Below, one piece after another: positions 26,410 through 36,041 of a DNA stretch of 64,000 nt (its first letter is position 1; each line of letters opens with the position of its first letter). The notes beneath the pieces are model-generated. The model did no database searches, was not told the origin of the DNA, and worked only from the letters and a program-made list of their open reading frames with translations. This DNA is from Candidatus Pacearchaeota archaeon (lineage in GTDB: Archaea; Nanobdellota; Nanobdellia; Pacearchaeales; GW2011-AR1), in assembly GCA_964202455.1 (NCBI GenBank), contig CAXNIJ010000004.1:36483-100482 (forward strand), read 5' to 3'. Both the position numbers and the translations under genes were made by a program.

Positions 26410-26841
26410 TTATAAAGATAATGCCCGAGATACTTGAACTGTTGAAGCTCCTAAAGAAATTAACAAATCTTTTGCATCTCTCTTGTCTTTAATACCTAAG
26501 ATTGCAAGTCTTGTGCCCGTTTTTCTACAGAGCCTAATATTCTGTCTAATTTTTGAGAGCCTTGATGCCTTTTGCATTTTGGACAAATTGCGTAATTCTT
26601 CTAAATCTAGACCTATTGCGACTTTATTTTTTGCTGCAATTCTAGCGAGAATTTCATTCATTCCTGAGTCAATGCCCCTAAGGGAATCTTTCCTCTCTGA
26701 AGATTCAATAGAAAGAAGGACATCAAATTTACCATATTCTAAAATTGAACGATTGAAAACGTCATTTTGTGCTTTTATTATCTTTCCCTTTTCCATCTTT
26801 AGAATCCTTTTTGCTTGCTCTAAACTTGTGGTGTTTATCAT
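26410..26841 (-). CDS. RNase P protein component 3 (Rpp30), short form
   Basis: GIDSGMNEILARIAAKNKVAIGLDLEEL...IRQNIRLCRKTG...DAKDLLISLG parallels the C-terminal two-thirds of archaeal Rpp30. Only 143 aa. Confidence 0.55.
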   Translation of the reverse strand: MINTTSLEQAKRILKMEKGKIIKAQNDVFNRSILEYGKFDVLLSIESSERKDSLRGIDSGMNEILARIAAKNKVAIGLDLEELRNLSKMQKASRLSKIRQNIRLCRKTGTRLAILGIKDKRDAKDLLISLGASTVQVSRALSL

Positions 26842-26844
26842 ATT

Positions 26845-27531
26845 CTAAATAGCAATGGTTGTACCTTTAAATGACTTTTGAAATAGACAATTATCTAGAT
26901 TTTTTAGATTTTTTCCTAAAATTAGAGTTTTTATTTTGTGTTCTTTTATAATCTTTGCAGCCTGCTGATCTAGGATAAAATGCTGTCCAGGAGTAAATTT
27001 CATTTTGGAAAGTCGCTTATCAAAATCTTTCCAAGATTCATAAGGGATGAATTTTGCGTCTTTATGTTTTTTAGGATCTTTGGTATATAATCCATCTACG
27101 TTTGTAATATTAATAAATTCAGTTTTGAGAAAATTGGCAAGTTTTGCTGCAGTCCCATCTGAAGTTTCATCTGGGGCATATCTGAGTGCCCCACATATAA
27201 CTGCGTTATTTTTAGAGAGATTATTTTTTACCTCGTGCATGTCTTTTGGAAGATGTGCATTTACTTCTTTTCCAAAAAATTGCATTAAAAACATAGCATT
27301 CATGCGTGTTGCGCGCATACCTGCCTCTGAAATATTATGTTCATTTGCACCTTCTTTAACTAATGCTTCGATGTATCTTCTTGCTATTCCTCCTCCACCA
27401 CATACTACTACAAACTTCCAATTTTTATAATGTTTCTGCAAAATTTTTTTGAATTTTTCTAAGAATTGAAAATCGATCTGGTCTGGAATAATTACTGAAC
27501 CTCCTAGACTTATCACTACCGTCTTTTTCAT
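26845..27531 (-). CDS. pyrH: UMP kinase (archaeal type)
   Basis: VVISLGGSVI, VVCGGGGIARRYI and GMRATRMNAMFL are amino-acid-kinase-fold motifs typical of archaeal PyrH. Confidence 0.8.
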   Translation of the reverse strand: MKKTVVISLGGSVIIPDQIDFQFLEKFKKILQKHYKNWKFVVVCGGGGIARRYIEALVKEGANEHNISEAGMRATRMNAMFLMQFFGKEVNAHLPKDMHEVKNNLSKNNAVICGALRYAPDETSDGTAAKLANFLKTEFINITNVDGLYTKDPKKHKDAKFIPYESWKDFDKRLSKMKFTPGQHFILDQQAAKIIKEHKIKTLILGKNLKNLDNCLFQKSFKGTTIAI

Positions 27532-27698
27532 TTTTATATATAGAAAAGTGTATTTAAATATCCTTCTTGGTAATCAAGTTTCTTGATATGGGCAAGATAT
27601 CTCTGTCTTATGTTCCAATATTATTCCAATGAAAATTGATAACTTGATAGAAACTAATAATTGCTAATTGAAATATTTATAACGGTCCAAAGATTTAT

Positions 27699-28298
27699 TC
27701 ATTTAAACACTTCTCCCGTTTCTTTACTCCAAAATAAAAGGTCTAAATGATCTATTGGAATACCTATTTTTTTAGAAAAACCTAGAAACTTATTCTCGAG
27801 TTCTAAATAATGTTTTTTGTTTTTAATTGAATCTTCTTTTATCACTCCAATTTCTTTAAGATTTCTTAATATGTGCCTGTCGAGAATTGCGATCTGATTA
27901 TCGCTTTTTCCAATATTACGAAGAAAATGCCCTGCCTCCTTATATCCCATCCCAGTCACCTCTTCTGCTAAAGTATTACGTAGAGACTTTCTGTCTTTAT
28001 TTTCTAAGAGCTTTTGAATATCTGGCCAAAGTTTTTTAGCTTCTATGAGATAACGAGTTTTGTTATTATGAAAACGAGTTCTTGTTCTAAGGATGTTTTT
28101 AATTTCATCTGAAGAAGAATTATTTAACTCTAGAATTTTCTGCACTGCTTCCCAGCAACGAACTGCATTGCTTTGAGGAGTCAAAAGACAAAACATGAAT
28201 TCTTCATGATATTTGTTCATTGGAAGTTCTTTGAAATCTTGAAGTTTTCTTTCTATCTTGTTCTTATGGAGTTTATAATTGGCAATTAAATCTTTCAT
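27699..28298 (-). CDS. ogg: N-glycosylase/DNA lyase, Ogg2 type (HhH-GPD)
   Basis: CLLTPQSNA..., GMGYKEAGHFLRNIG and AILDRHIL match the Ogg2 family. Confidence 0.85.
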   Translation of the reverse strand: MKDLIANYKLHKNKIERKLQDFKELPMNKYHEEFMFCLLTPQSNAVRCWEAVQKILELNNSSSDEIKNILRTRTRFHNNKTRYLIEAKKLWPDIQKLLENKDRKSLRNTLAEEVTGMGYKEAGHFLRNIGKSDNQIAILDRHILRNLKEIGVIKEDSIKNKKHYLELENKFLGFSKKIGIPIDHLDLLFWSKETGEVFK

Positions 28299-28340
28299 GA
28301 TATTCTTATTGATTAGATGTTTAAAATGATTGCTAGATAC

Positions 28341-29207
28341 TTAATCAAGCTTTGAAGGTTCTTTTTTCTGAATTATAAATCTTGTTCCTACAAATTCCGA
28401 AATGACTGCAGTAATAATGAAATTGCTTATAGCTGCTTTGAAAACTCCTGGAATAAGGGGTATTTTTGATTTATCTGAAATTTCAGAGATAATCTTATTT
28501 ACTTCTTCGGTTGTAAGAAAAATATTTGCATTTTGAATAAATCCAGACCTATAAACTGTTACTTGTTTTCCTGGACCTGGACATTCTATTGTTTGTACCG
28601 TTGGATCAAGAAGAAGATTATTTATTTTTCCAAGTGCTTCAATAGTTATTATTGTTGGTGGAGATGGATGAACTTCTTTACTTTTCGACTCTATTTTTTT
28701 ATTTTGAAGTTTGAGCAATGGGTGCTGGATCCTTGGGACTGGTACTTTAAACATTGTCTGGGGCGTGCGAGGAATTTGCCTACGAATCATTAGTTGTTTA
28801 TTTACCTTCGGTAGAGAATCATCGAGAAGAGATTTTCCTGAACTTGAAGTCAATAAATCTTTTAGAGTCATAGAAGATTTACTCTGTTGAGTTTTTTGAA
28901 CTTGTGAAATTGGAGGAAGTACTTCTTTTCCACTTTCTTTCTTTTTTTCATTTATTACTGGATAATTTGGAAGCAATGGTACTGGTTTAGTTGTACTTGT
29001 ATCTATTCTTCTCGGATGTTCGTCTTCTTCTACCCAATCTTGAAAAGCCCCTGGTTGTTCCAGAGTTTCTTCTTGAATTTTTTTTACTGCTTTTAAAAGC
29101 CTTTGCTTATCTAAAAGTACTGATTTTATTTCTATACTTTTAATTATCTCGGCGACAAATGATTCTATAAATCTTTGCCCTAATTCTTGAGAATTTGATT
29201 TATACAT
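28341..29207 (-). CDS. hypothetical protein whose C-terminus resembles the N-domain of FlaI/GspE secretion ATPases
   Basis: LLDPTVQTIECPGPGKQVTVYRSGFIQNANIFLTTEEVNKII resembles the T2SSE_N region. No Walker motifs are present. Confidence 0.5.
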   Translation of the reverse strand: MYKSNSQELGQRFIESFVAEIIKSIEIKSVLLDKQRLLKAVKKIQEETLEQPGAFQDWVEEDEHPRRIDTSTTKPVPLLPNYPVINEKKKESGKEVLPPISQVQKTQQSKSSMTLKDLLTSSSGKSLLDDSLPKVNKQLMIRRQIPRTPQTMFKVPVPRIQHPLLKLQNKKIESKSKEVHPSPPTIITIEALGKINNLLLDPTVQTIECPGPGKQVTVYRSGFIQNANIFLTTEEVNKIISEISDKSKIPLIPGVFKAAISNFIITAVISEFVGTRFIIQKKEPSKLD

Positions 29208-29208
29208 G

Positions 29209-29679
29209 CTAAACTCTCGGAAGAGGTTTTGTCATCGCAGAAGGCTCCATATCGTCTGTGGAGGATTGAGGCAATTCAGTTGTAGACATCCCCATAGGTC
29301 TTGATGACCCATATAATCGTTCTCTCATCCTGCCTTCCATCATCATTAAACCTTTTGCTAGAACTTTGTTTTGATCTAAAAGTTTATCAATTTTTTCTAA
29401 AAATTCTTTATCTTTTTCATTAGATTGATTTTCAGGATTACGTGCAAATGTATGGGCTGCCATCTCGAATAAGCCCAATAGATTTGCTATTTGGTCTGAA
29501 AGATTAGTGAATTTTTCAGCTAAATCTGTATGTACTTTTTGCAAAGATACTAAATTTTCAATTAGTTTGTGTTGAAGGTCTTCTTGAATTTTAGAAATCT
29601 CTTTGACCTGTTCCACATGTTTTTTAACTTCTTTAAGATGTTCACTTGCTACTGCCTCTTTTCCCTTTTTTTCAGACAT
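29209..29679 (-). CDS. hypothetical coiled-coil protein
   Basis: 156-aa ORF ending 1 nt before the next gene starts, with heptad-like composition. Confidence 0.5.
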   Translation of the reverse strand: MSEKKGKEAVASEHLKEVKKHVEQVKEISKIQEDLQHKLIENLVSLQKVHTDLAEKFTNLSDQIANLLGLFEMAAHTFARNPENQSNEKDKEFLEKIDKLLDQNKVLAKGLMMMEGRMRERLYGSSRPMGMSTTELPQSSTDDMEPSAMTKPLPRV

Positions 29680-29829
29680 CTATAAAAGAACATCTCGTTG
29701 TTTATAAATGTTGTCAAGAACGGCGTCTATAAAATATTCTTCCTATTTGGTTAACTCCCGTTTATCGTTTTTCTATCGTTTTTCTAAGAGGGTAAAGCTT
29801 AAAACCTATTCTTGACTGCTCATTTTGAA

Positions 29830-29900
29830 GGGTTCATCAGATAATGGTAGTCTGTCTGCCTCCAGAGCAGAACGCGGGGGTTCGATTCCTCCTGAGCCCA
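29830..29900 (+). tRNA. tRNA-Trp(CCA), intronless
   Basis: GGGTTCA TC AGAT AATGGTA GTCT G TCTGC CTCCAGA GCAGA ACGC GGGGG TTCGATT CCTCC TGAGCCC A. Confidence 0.85.
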
Positions 29901-29904
29901 GTTA

Positions 29905-30453
29905 TTAATTTAATTTATCACTAAGATAGGCTTCCCATTTTTCAAAATTATAAGTCACATCGCCCATTTCTGCCAAATAAAGTGCAGTCTTACCCTGTAA
30001 ACGATACCAAGTTGGAGAGGGATATCCTGCTTTTTCTCTTTTTTTCAATGCTTTATAGAAAAAAACCAGAGATATAAGACAAGAGGCTCCAAATTTCTTT
30101 CGTACACTAGATATCTGATTTGCATTTCTTGAATTTTTGTTCCCTATTTTATCTAAAGTTTTGTGATATTGGGCAAAATTTGGTAAAATATCTGGTTGCT
30201 CAGAATCTAAGTAAATTGTGCGAGTAATTAATCCAGTTACTTGAATAAATTCTTCCGATTTGTGAGGAAATTGAGCTTGAGAAAGAATAGCAATTAATTG
30301 GTTTGTTGGATCTGTATAAAATATTTTTTCTGGATGAGCATACATCACTTTGCCAATTTTTTCTAAAAGAAGAAGACGAGATGCTTGGTCTTCCCAAAGA
30401 GTTCTAAGTGCCCCGGGATTTTCTGAAGAGAAAACCTCTTCTATCAGACTCAT
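29905..30453 (-). CDS. hypothetical protein
   Basis: 182-aa ORF, no family recognised. Confidence 0.5.
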   Translation of the reverse strand: MSLIEEVFSSENPGALRTLWEDQASRLLLLEKIGKVMYAHPEKIFYTDPTNQLIAILSQAQFPHKSEEFIQVTGLITRTIYLDSEQPDILPNFAQYHKTLDKIGNKNSRNANQISSVRKKFGASCLISLVFFYKALKKREKAGYPSPTWYRLQGKTALYLAEMGDVTYNFEKWEAYLSDKLN

Positions 30454-30496
30454 ATTTTAAATAATCACCCTGGTTTATTAAATATATGTGTGAATT

Positions 30497-31171
30497 CTAG
30501 AGTTTCTTCAAAATATCAATTTCTTCAAAAGAAATTGCTGCGCCTTTGAACTTTGTGGCGTAGAGAAGAGCTTCTAGAACGTTTTTGCCTTGTAAATTAA
30601 TTAGTCCTTTTTTATAAGCTACATAAACTAATTCTGAAGAACGAACGAATTTGTATTTCTGAAATATCTGAAAATTTTGTGCTACTAACTTTACAGGTTG
30701 ATGAATTTTCTCAGACATTACTTTTTCCAAACTCTCCGGATTTTCGCATAACATTCTGGTTGTTCGCTCATCTATTGCAATTAAAGTTTCTACATTTCTT
30801 TTTGAAAGGATATCGCTAAGTGACAAGCATGAAATTTCCGCTTCGCTTACAATCGAAACCCATTTACCATTAATTTGAAGATAATGATTCGCAATATCCA
30901 TTAACTCCCGAGTTTCCTCAATAATTTCTTCTTCATTAACTCCTATTCCTGAAGGCAATTGAAGAACTCCTGACTGAAGAAGTTCTTGAACACGCAAAGC
31001 TCCAAGTTCAAATCTTTGAATGCCTAGGGGTCTATCAATTACTTCTCTTTTTACTGCAGAAGTAATGATAAATGAACAATTGCATAGTTTTTTCAAATCT
31101 ACTAAAATATCTAAAAGACCATTCATTGAGAGGTTGATAAGTGTACCTGAATCGAAAATAAGTGCTTTCAA
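30497..31171 (-). CDS. PIN-like domain protein
   Basis: N-terminal ALIFDSGTLINL (acidic PIN strand 1), later SEAE and AIDERT acidic positions. Overlaps the upstream HTH gene by 4 nt. Confidence 0.5.
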   Translation of the reverse strand: MKALIFDSGTLINLSMNGLLDILVDLKKLCNCSFIITSAVKREVIDRPLGIQRFELGALRVQELLQSGVLQLPSGIGVNEEEIIEETRELMDIANHYLQINGKWVSIVSEAEISCLSLSDILSKRNVETLIAIDERTTRMLCENPESLEKVMSEKIHQPVKLVAQNFQIFQKYKFVRSSELVYVAYKKGLINLQGKNVLEALLYATKFKGAAISFEEIDILKKL

Positions 31172-31764
31172 GAAAAGAACTCCAGAGCCATTTTAGCTCT
31201 TGCTTGAACGTCTTGTGTAGGCCTATAATGTTTCTCTAAACCTTCCTTTTGCCCAGCATATTCTGATAATTCCCATTGAGTTACTCCTAAAAGAGAAGCT
31301 GTGCGCCCCATTGAAATTCCATGTTCGTAGATTTTAGAAGCTTTATTGATAGATGCTTTTCTTAGAACTTCCTGAATATATATTTTAATATTTATAGAAG
31401 TGCTTGTAAGGGCTATTCGCGCTCTCTGAAGATGACTTTCGTAAGCTCCTCGATTTCCTTCTTTGAGCGCTAAAATTGCTAAGTCTAGAAAACCAATAAA
31501 TTTTTTTATAATTAGATCATAGTTCCTTATCTTATGGATATCTTTCCTTTCTACAATTTTACTTAAAGAATAGACAAGAACAGCTATTGTAATGCTACTA
31601 GCATCCTGTTCTGATGAAGCGCAGTGTATTGTTTGATCTGAAAGTTGATGAAGTCTCCCAGCATCTCTTGAAATCAATGCTTTCTTTGCATCATTCAAAA
31701 CTTGAATGATATGGTCTACCTCTTCCATAAAAGAACTAATGATATGAGATATATAAACATTCAC
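31168..31764 (-). CDS. helical protein with a C-terminal HTH
   Basis: GISMGRTASLLGVTQWELSEYAG is an HTH. It is coupled to the PIN-like gene, giving a toxin-antitoxin-like layout although both proteins are large. Confidence 0.5.
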   Translation of the reverse strand: MNVYISHIISSFMEEVDHIIQVLNDAKKALISRDAGRLHQLSDQTIHCASSEQDASSITIAVLVYSLSKIVERKDIHKIRNYDLIIKKFIGFLDLAILALKEGNRGAYESHLQRARIALTSTSINIKIYIQEVLRKASINKASKIYEHGISMGRTASLLGVTQWELSEYAGQKEGLEKHYRPTQDVQARAKMALEFFS

Positions 31765-31795
31765 CCCTTATTTCTAGTGAGATGTTTCACAAGAC

Positions 31796-31802
31796 TTATA
31801 TA
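31796..31802. promoter_or_regulatory. shared TATA-like element in a divergent intergenic region
   Basis: TTATATA lies about 25 nt upstream of the ATG at 31824 and about 35 nt upstream of the minus-strand start at 31764. Confidence 0.35.
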
Positions 31803-31823
31803 GTTTAAGCGCTAAATCACATT

Positions 31824-32189
31824 ATGGAAGCAATCTTAGATAGTAGTTTTATTGTGTCCTGCATGAAAAAGAAAATTGATTTTCTTTCTGAACTTGAAGA
31901 ACAAGGATTTAGAGTCGTTCTTCCAAGAGAAGTTTTTCAAGAACTCAAAGACCTTCGTTTCAAAGTTAAGCATGATGAGCGTGCTGCAATAGATGCTGCA
32001 TTTGATCTTTTTATAATAAGAAAAGTAAAGAAAATGACTCTTGGGCAAGATATTGTTGATAAGGGACTTATTAGTAAAGGTAAAAAAGGAGCTTATATTG
32101 CAACCCTAGATAAAATCATTAAAAGGGAAGTTCCAAATCGCATTGTCATTTTAGATGCTCAGAATTCTATTGGTATAGAGAGAGATTAG
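31824..32189 (+). CDS. PIN-domain nuclease (Fcf1/VapC-like)
   Basis: 121 aa: ILDSSFIV, PREVFQELKDL, ATLDKII. Confidence 0.65.
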   Translation: MEAILDSSFIVSCMKKKIDFLSELEEQGFRVVLPREVFQELKDLRFKVKHDERAAIDAAFDLFIIRKVKKMTLGQDIVDKGLISKGKKGAYIATLDKIIKREVPNRIVILDAQNSIGIERD

Positions 32190-32231
32190 AAAGAACATGC
32201 AAATTCTTTTAAACTAGGTTTAAGAAAGAGA

Positions 32232-34277
32232 ATGATGAATAGGATACAATTTGATTCTGCTGGAAGAATTATAGGAGTAGACAATAAACTTGCTAGCTTT
32301 CCTATGCATAAAATTCAAGAGAATTATGAAGATGAAGAAAAATTTGATAGTTCTCTTAAAACTAGCGATTCTCTTTCTTTTATGAAAGATGAATCTTTTG
32401 ACAATGTAACAGATTCTTCTTCATGGAGTTTATATGCGGATAAAAATAAACTCCCGCCTTTAAAATTCTCTAATGGAAAGACTCAAGAAGATGTTGTGAA
32501 TGAAGTAATTGATCTTGTAAAAAAAGGAAAGAAAATAATATTCCTCCATGGAGTTTGCGGAACTGGAAAAAGTGCTATTGCGCTTAATATTGCAAGAATA
32601 CTTGGAAGAACATCTGTTGTTGTGCCTGTAAAAAATCTTCAGAAACAATATGAAGAAGATTATACTTCAAAAAAATATGTTTTGAAAAAAAATGGGCAGA
32701 AAATGAAAATAGCTATGATTACTGGAAGAGATAATCATGATTCAGTTATTTTCCCAGGAGTTTCGTGCGCAGATCAGAATTTACCGGATACAATAAAACT
32801 TACTGAAAAAAATCTTTATAAACTAGAAGAATATTATTTGAAAAACCCATATATAAAAAATAAAGAAATTCCTGAAATTAAAAATTTAAGAAGAATTGCA
32901 ATTGCTCCAGCAAATCCTTATTGGAGTCCAATATTGCCTGCAGAAATTGAATTGCCTGTCTTAAGGGATGCAAAGAAGAAAATGTATCGAGGTCTAAATG
33001 GAAAAGACTTTGTATTTTATCATAGAAAAGCGGGATGCTCTTATTATGACCAATACCTTGCTTATTTGCAGGCAGATGTAATTATTTTTAATGCTGCTAA
33101 ATATAAAATTGAAGTTTCACTAGACAGAAAACCTGCAACTGAAATAGAAATAATTGACGAAGCTGATGAATTTTTAGATAATTTTTCAATGCAAGATTCT
33201 CTAAATCTTACTCGCCTCTCCTCTTCTCTTTCCTCAATTGCGCCAGAAAATCCTGAAGCTAGGATAATAGTTGAAACTATAGAAAACCTTTTAGGACTAG
33301 AGGAAAAAAATAAACAAGCATTGGGAGTTGATGAAAATAAAATCCACCCTATAAAAGAAACACAATGGGAAAAAATCCTTAAACTATTTCTTAAGCATCC
33401 TGAAGTTGAAGCAGAAATAGCTATTGATGAAATGCATTATGCAAATAGGGCTCTTGAAGTTTCAAAGAATTTTACAGATTTTCTAGAAGATACATACATG
33501 ACATATAAAAGAATAGACAAGGATATATTTGTGAATTTTGTGACTACAAATCTTTCTAAAAAATTTGAAGAAATTGTTCAAAAAAATAAAGCGATGGTTA
33601 TGATGTCTGGAACACTACATTCTGCTACAGTTCTCAAAGAGATATTTGGAGTTAAAGATTTTGAAATTGTGGAAGCCGAATCTATTCACCAAGGTACTAT
33701 TGAAATCCATAGAACTGGAAAAGAATTTGATTGTAGATATTCTAACTTCAATTCAGGCATACATACACGTGAACAATACTTGCAAGTTCTTTCTTTATGT
33801 GTTGAAAAGGCTAAGCGCCCTACACTAGTACATGTTAATGCATTTGAAGATCTTCCAACAGAATATGAAATACAAAAATTAGGTTTATCTAATTTAGTAT
33901 CTAAAGAAAGACTATTATCTATGCAATTAGAAGATAAAACTGGATCTATGGTCTCTGCATTTAAATCTAAAAAGACGGATATTTTGTTTACTACAAAATG
34001 TTCAAGAGGAGTTGATTTTCCTGGAGAGATGTGCAATTCAGTAGTTTTTACTAAATATCCAAATCCTAATGTAAATGGAGTTTTTTGGAAGATTCTTCAA
34101 AAAACTCATGAAAAATATTTTTGGGATTTTTATAGAGATAAGGCTAGAAGAGAATTTTTACAAAGAATTTATCGTGCACTTAGATCTCAAAGTGACCATG
34201 TTTATGTTCTTTCTCCAGATTCTAGAGTACTGGACGCTACAAAGAGTTTACAGATGGCAAAACCAACCTTTAAATAG
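32232..34277 (+). CDS. XPD/DinG-family (Rad3-related) superfamily 2 helicase
   Basis: Walker A GVCGTGKSAIA, motif II IIDEADEF, motif III MSGTL, GVDFPGEMCNSVVFTKYPNP, motif VI-like QRIYRALRSQSDHVYVL. No four-Cys Fe-S module was seen. Confidence 0.7.
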   Translation: MMNRIQFDSAGRIIGVDNKLASFPMHKIQENYEDEEKFDSSLKTSDSLSFMKDESFDNVTDSSSWSLYADKNKLPPLKFSNGKTQEDVVNEVIDLVKKGKKIIFLHGVCGTGKSAIALNIARILGRTSVVVPVKNLQKQYEEDYTSKKYVLKKNGQKMKIAMITGRDNHDSVIFPGVSCADQNLPDTIKLTEKNLYKLEEYYLKNPYIKNKEIPEIKNLRRIAIAPANPYWSPILPAEIELPVLRDAKKKMYRGLNGKDFVFYHRKAGCSYYDQYLAYLQADVIIFNAAKYKIEVSLDRKPATEIEIIDEADEFLDNFSMQDSLNLTRLSSSLSSIAPENPEARIIVETIENLLGLEEKNKQALGVDENKIHPIKETQWEKILKLFLKHPEVEAEIAIDEMHYANRALEVSKNFTDFLEDTYMTYKRIDKDIFVNFVTTNLSKKFEEIVQKNKAMVMMSGTLHSATVLKEIFGVKDFEIVEAESIHQGTIEIHRTGKEFDCRYSNFNSGIHTREQYLQVLSLCVEKAKRPTLVHVNAFEDLPTEYEIQKLGLSNLVSKERLLSMQLEDKTGSMVSAFKSKKTDILFTTKCSRGVDFPGEMCNSVVFTKYPNPNVNGVFWKILQKTHEKYFWDFYRDKARREFLQRIYRALRSQSDHVYVLSPDSRVLDATKSLQMAKPTFK

Positions 34278-34330
34278 GCCTATCACCTATTATTTTTGAT
34301 TTATGGTTTGTAAAATGAAAGGAGGTATTT

Positions 34331-34555
34331 ATGGTAAAATCTGGGAAAAGTGCTGAAAGCGTGGTTGTAATACTCTTAAGAATGGTTCTTTGGATTACTG
34401 GAGTTCTTGTTGCTCTTGCAGTTGGATTTGGAATGATTGATGGATTTCTCTTAATTCCGGGACTTGTTAAATCGACAGTGGTTGCTGGATGGATTGTAGT
34501 TATCTTAACTGTTGTCGGAGCAGTACTTGCAATAATTGAAAGACTAACTAAGTAA
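34331..34555 (+). CDS. small two-TM membrane protein
   Basis: 74 aa with two hydrophobic helices. GGAGG lies upstream of the ATG. Confidence 0.5.
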   Translation: MVKSGKSAESVVVILLRMVLWITGVLVALAVGFGMIDGFLLIPGLVKSTVVAGWIVVILTVVGAVLAIIERLTK

Positions 34556-34583
34556 AGACTATTATTATTTTAATTTCTTTTAT

Positions 34584-36041
34584 TTAGATGACTTTTCTAA
34601 ATTTTAGAAATCCTTCTAAATCTTCAATTATTTTATTTTGAGGTATTCTATGATCATCTAGATTTCTTCTCCAAATTTCTCTATCATTTTTATCTGTAAT
34701 TAATGCCATGTCCCAATATAACCAGAGTCTTGATCCGTCTTTGAAAATTCCATCTCTGTATTTTTGAACTAACTTCCCTCTTGTTTCAGCTCTTGTTTTT
34801 GGAGGAATTACCATTCCTCGCTCCGCATCTCTTTGAGAAACGTGCTGTTCTATCCAACCATCGGATAGCGTTTGATAAAATAATCCTCCTTCATCGATTC
34901 TATGATAGTCTAAGTTTATACTTTGAATTAATGGACTATCAAACTCGAGATTATCTGCGCCAGCCATTCTTTCTATAAGATATTTTTTTGTGACCCAATC
35001 TAGTCTTCCCGCTAGTGTATAAGGATCATTTTTGATTCTTTCTAATTTATAAATAGTATCTCTAAATAAATCTAGAACTAAATTTCTAAAAGAATCTTGA
35101 CCATAAAATTCAGTGCGCATCACCTCTTCATATTTTCTTAAAACTGAAGTCGCTTTCATATATTCTTTTGGAGTTCCATCTAAGGTCCAGTCTTGATGCT
35201 GGGAGCAAACATTTTTTAAATCAGTTATTGCAAAATCACAATCTTTCTCAGCATAATAGGGTATTTGTGGAAGTAACCTATTTTCGTGTAAAGCAAGAAC
35301 ACACTGCATTAATTCTTGCTTCATTGCTAACGCACTTTGACACATGTTTGCATCGTTACTAATATGATGAAATCTATACCATCCTCTCAGACCCGTTAAA
35401 GGTTCATTTCTTGTATTCATCAATCCCCTTCCCGTGACTCCTGCGCGAGTATCCAAAGAAAAAGCTCTTTGTATGAAATTTTTTCTTTGTGATATCTCAA
35501 ATTGCCCTTCTGGATATTGATAACCTGCTCCGGTAATAATTTTTTCAACAACTGACCAGAGAAGAAGAGGCCCTAATGTCAATTCAGAAGGTTCAAATCT
35601 GGTACTGAAATTTTGATGAGCTCCGAAGCTTATTCTACTATCTCGATTCATTTTATAAATTAAGGGAGATAAATCTCGATCATCAAATATATTTAATGCT
35701 AAAAAATCTGTTGCCCTGTCTTGTTTTATTAGTTCTCTAGTATCTAAGCATTCTGGAGTACTTCCTTCTAGATGCTCTAAGTCACAATATATAACTCCCC
35801 CGTTAGGGAGATTTCTCCAATATGCTCCGGTTAGCATAATACTTTCATTATGTGCTGGAGAAGAAATAGTATTTAATTGAGAAATCTTTTCACAGATGTA
35901 TCTGTCTCTTTCATCTTCATTTTCTATATTTGGAAACTCTATTGCATATTCATGTTCAAGACCTTGTACTTTTCCATCAAAATTTACCTTGGGACTTGAT
36001 TGATGAAATTCATTTCTAATAAATCTTTTTGGGAAATTCAT
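34584..36041 (-). CDS. Pup-ligase/deamidase family protein (PafA/Dop homologue)
   Basis: Collinear matches to PafA along the whole length: GLEHEYAI (GIETEFG), LPNGGVIYCDLEHLEGSTPEC ([22 protein letters not shown]), RDSRISFGAHQNF (TDSAGNSYGCHENY), IITGAGY (LICGAGK), NTRNEP (NTRDEP), RLDWVTKKYL (EIDWVIKRKL), LDYHRID (LAYHDIK), PPKTRAETRG (PPQTTRARLRG). Confidence 0.85.
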   Translation of the reverse strand: MNFPKRFIRNEFHQSSPKVNFDGKVQGLEHEYAIEFPNIENEDERDRYICEKISQLNTISSPAHNESIMLTGAYWRNLPNGGVIYCDLEHLEGSTPECLDTRELIKQDRATDFLALNIFDDRDLSPLIYKMNRDSRISFGAHQNFSTRFEPSELTLGPLLLWSVVEKIITGAGYQYPEGQFEISQRKNFIQRAFSLDTRAGVTGRGLMNTRNEPLTGLRGWYRFHHISNDANMCQSALAMKQELMQCVLALHENRLLPQIPYYAEKDCDFAITDLKNVCSQHQDWTLDGTPKEYMKATSVLRKYEEVMRTEFYGQDSFRNLVLDLFRDTIYKLERIKNDPYTLAGRLDWVTKKYLIERMAGADNLEFDSPLIQSINLDYHRIDEGGLFYQTLSDGWIEQHVSQRDAERGMVIPPKTRAETRGKLVQKYRDGIFKDGSRLWLYWDMALITDKNDREIWRRNLDDHRIPQNKIIEDLEGFLKFRKVI

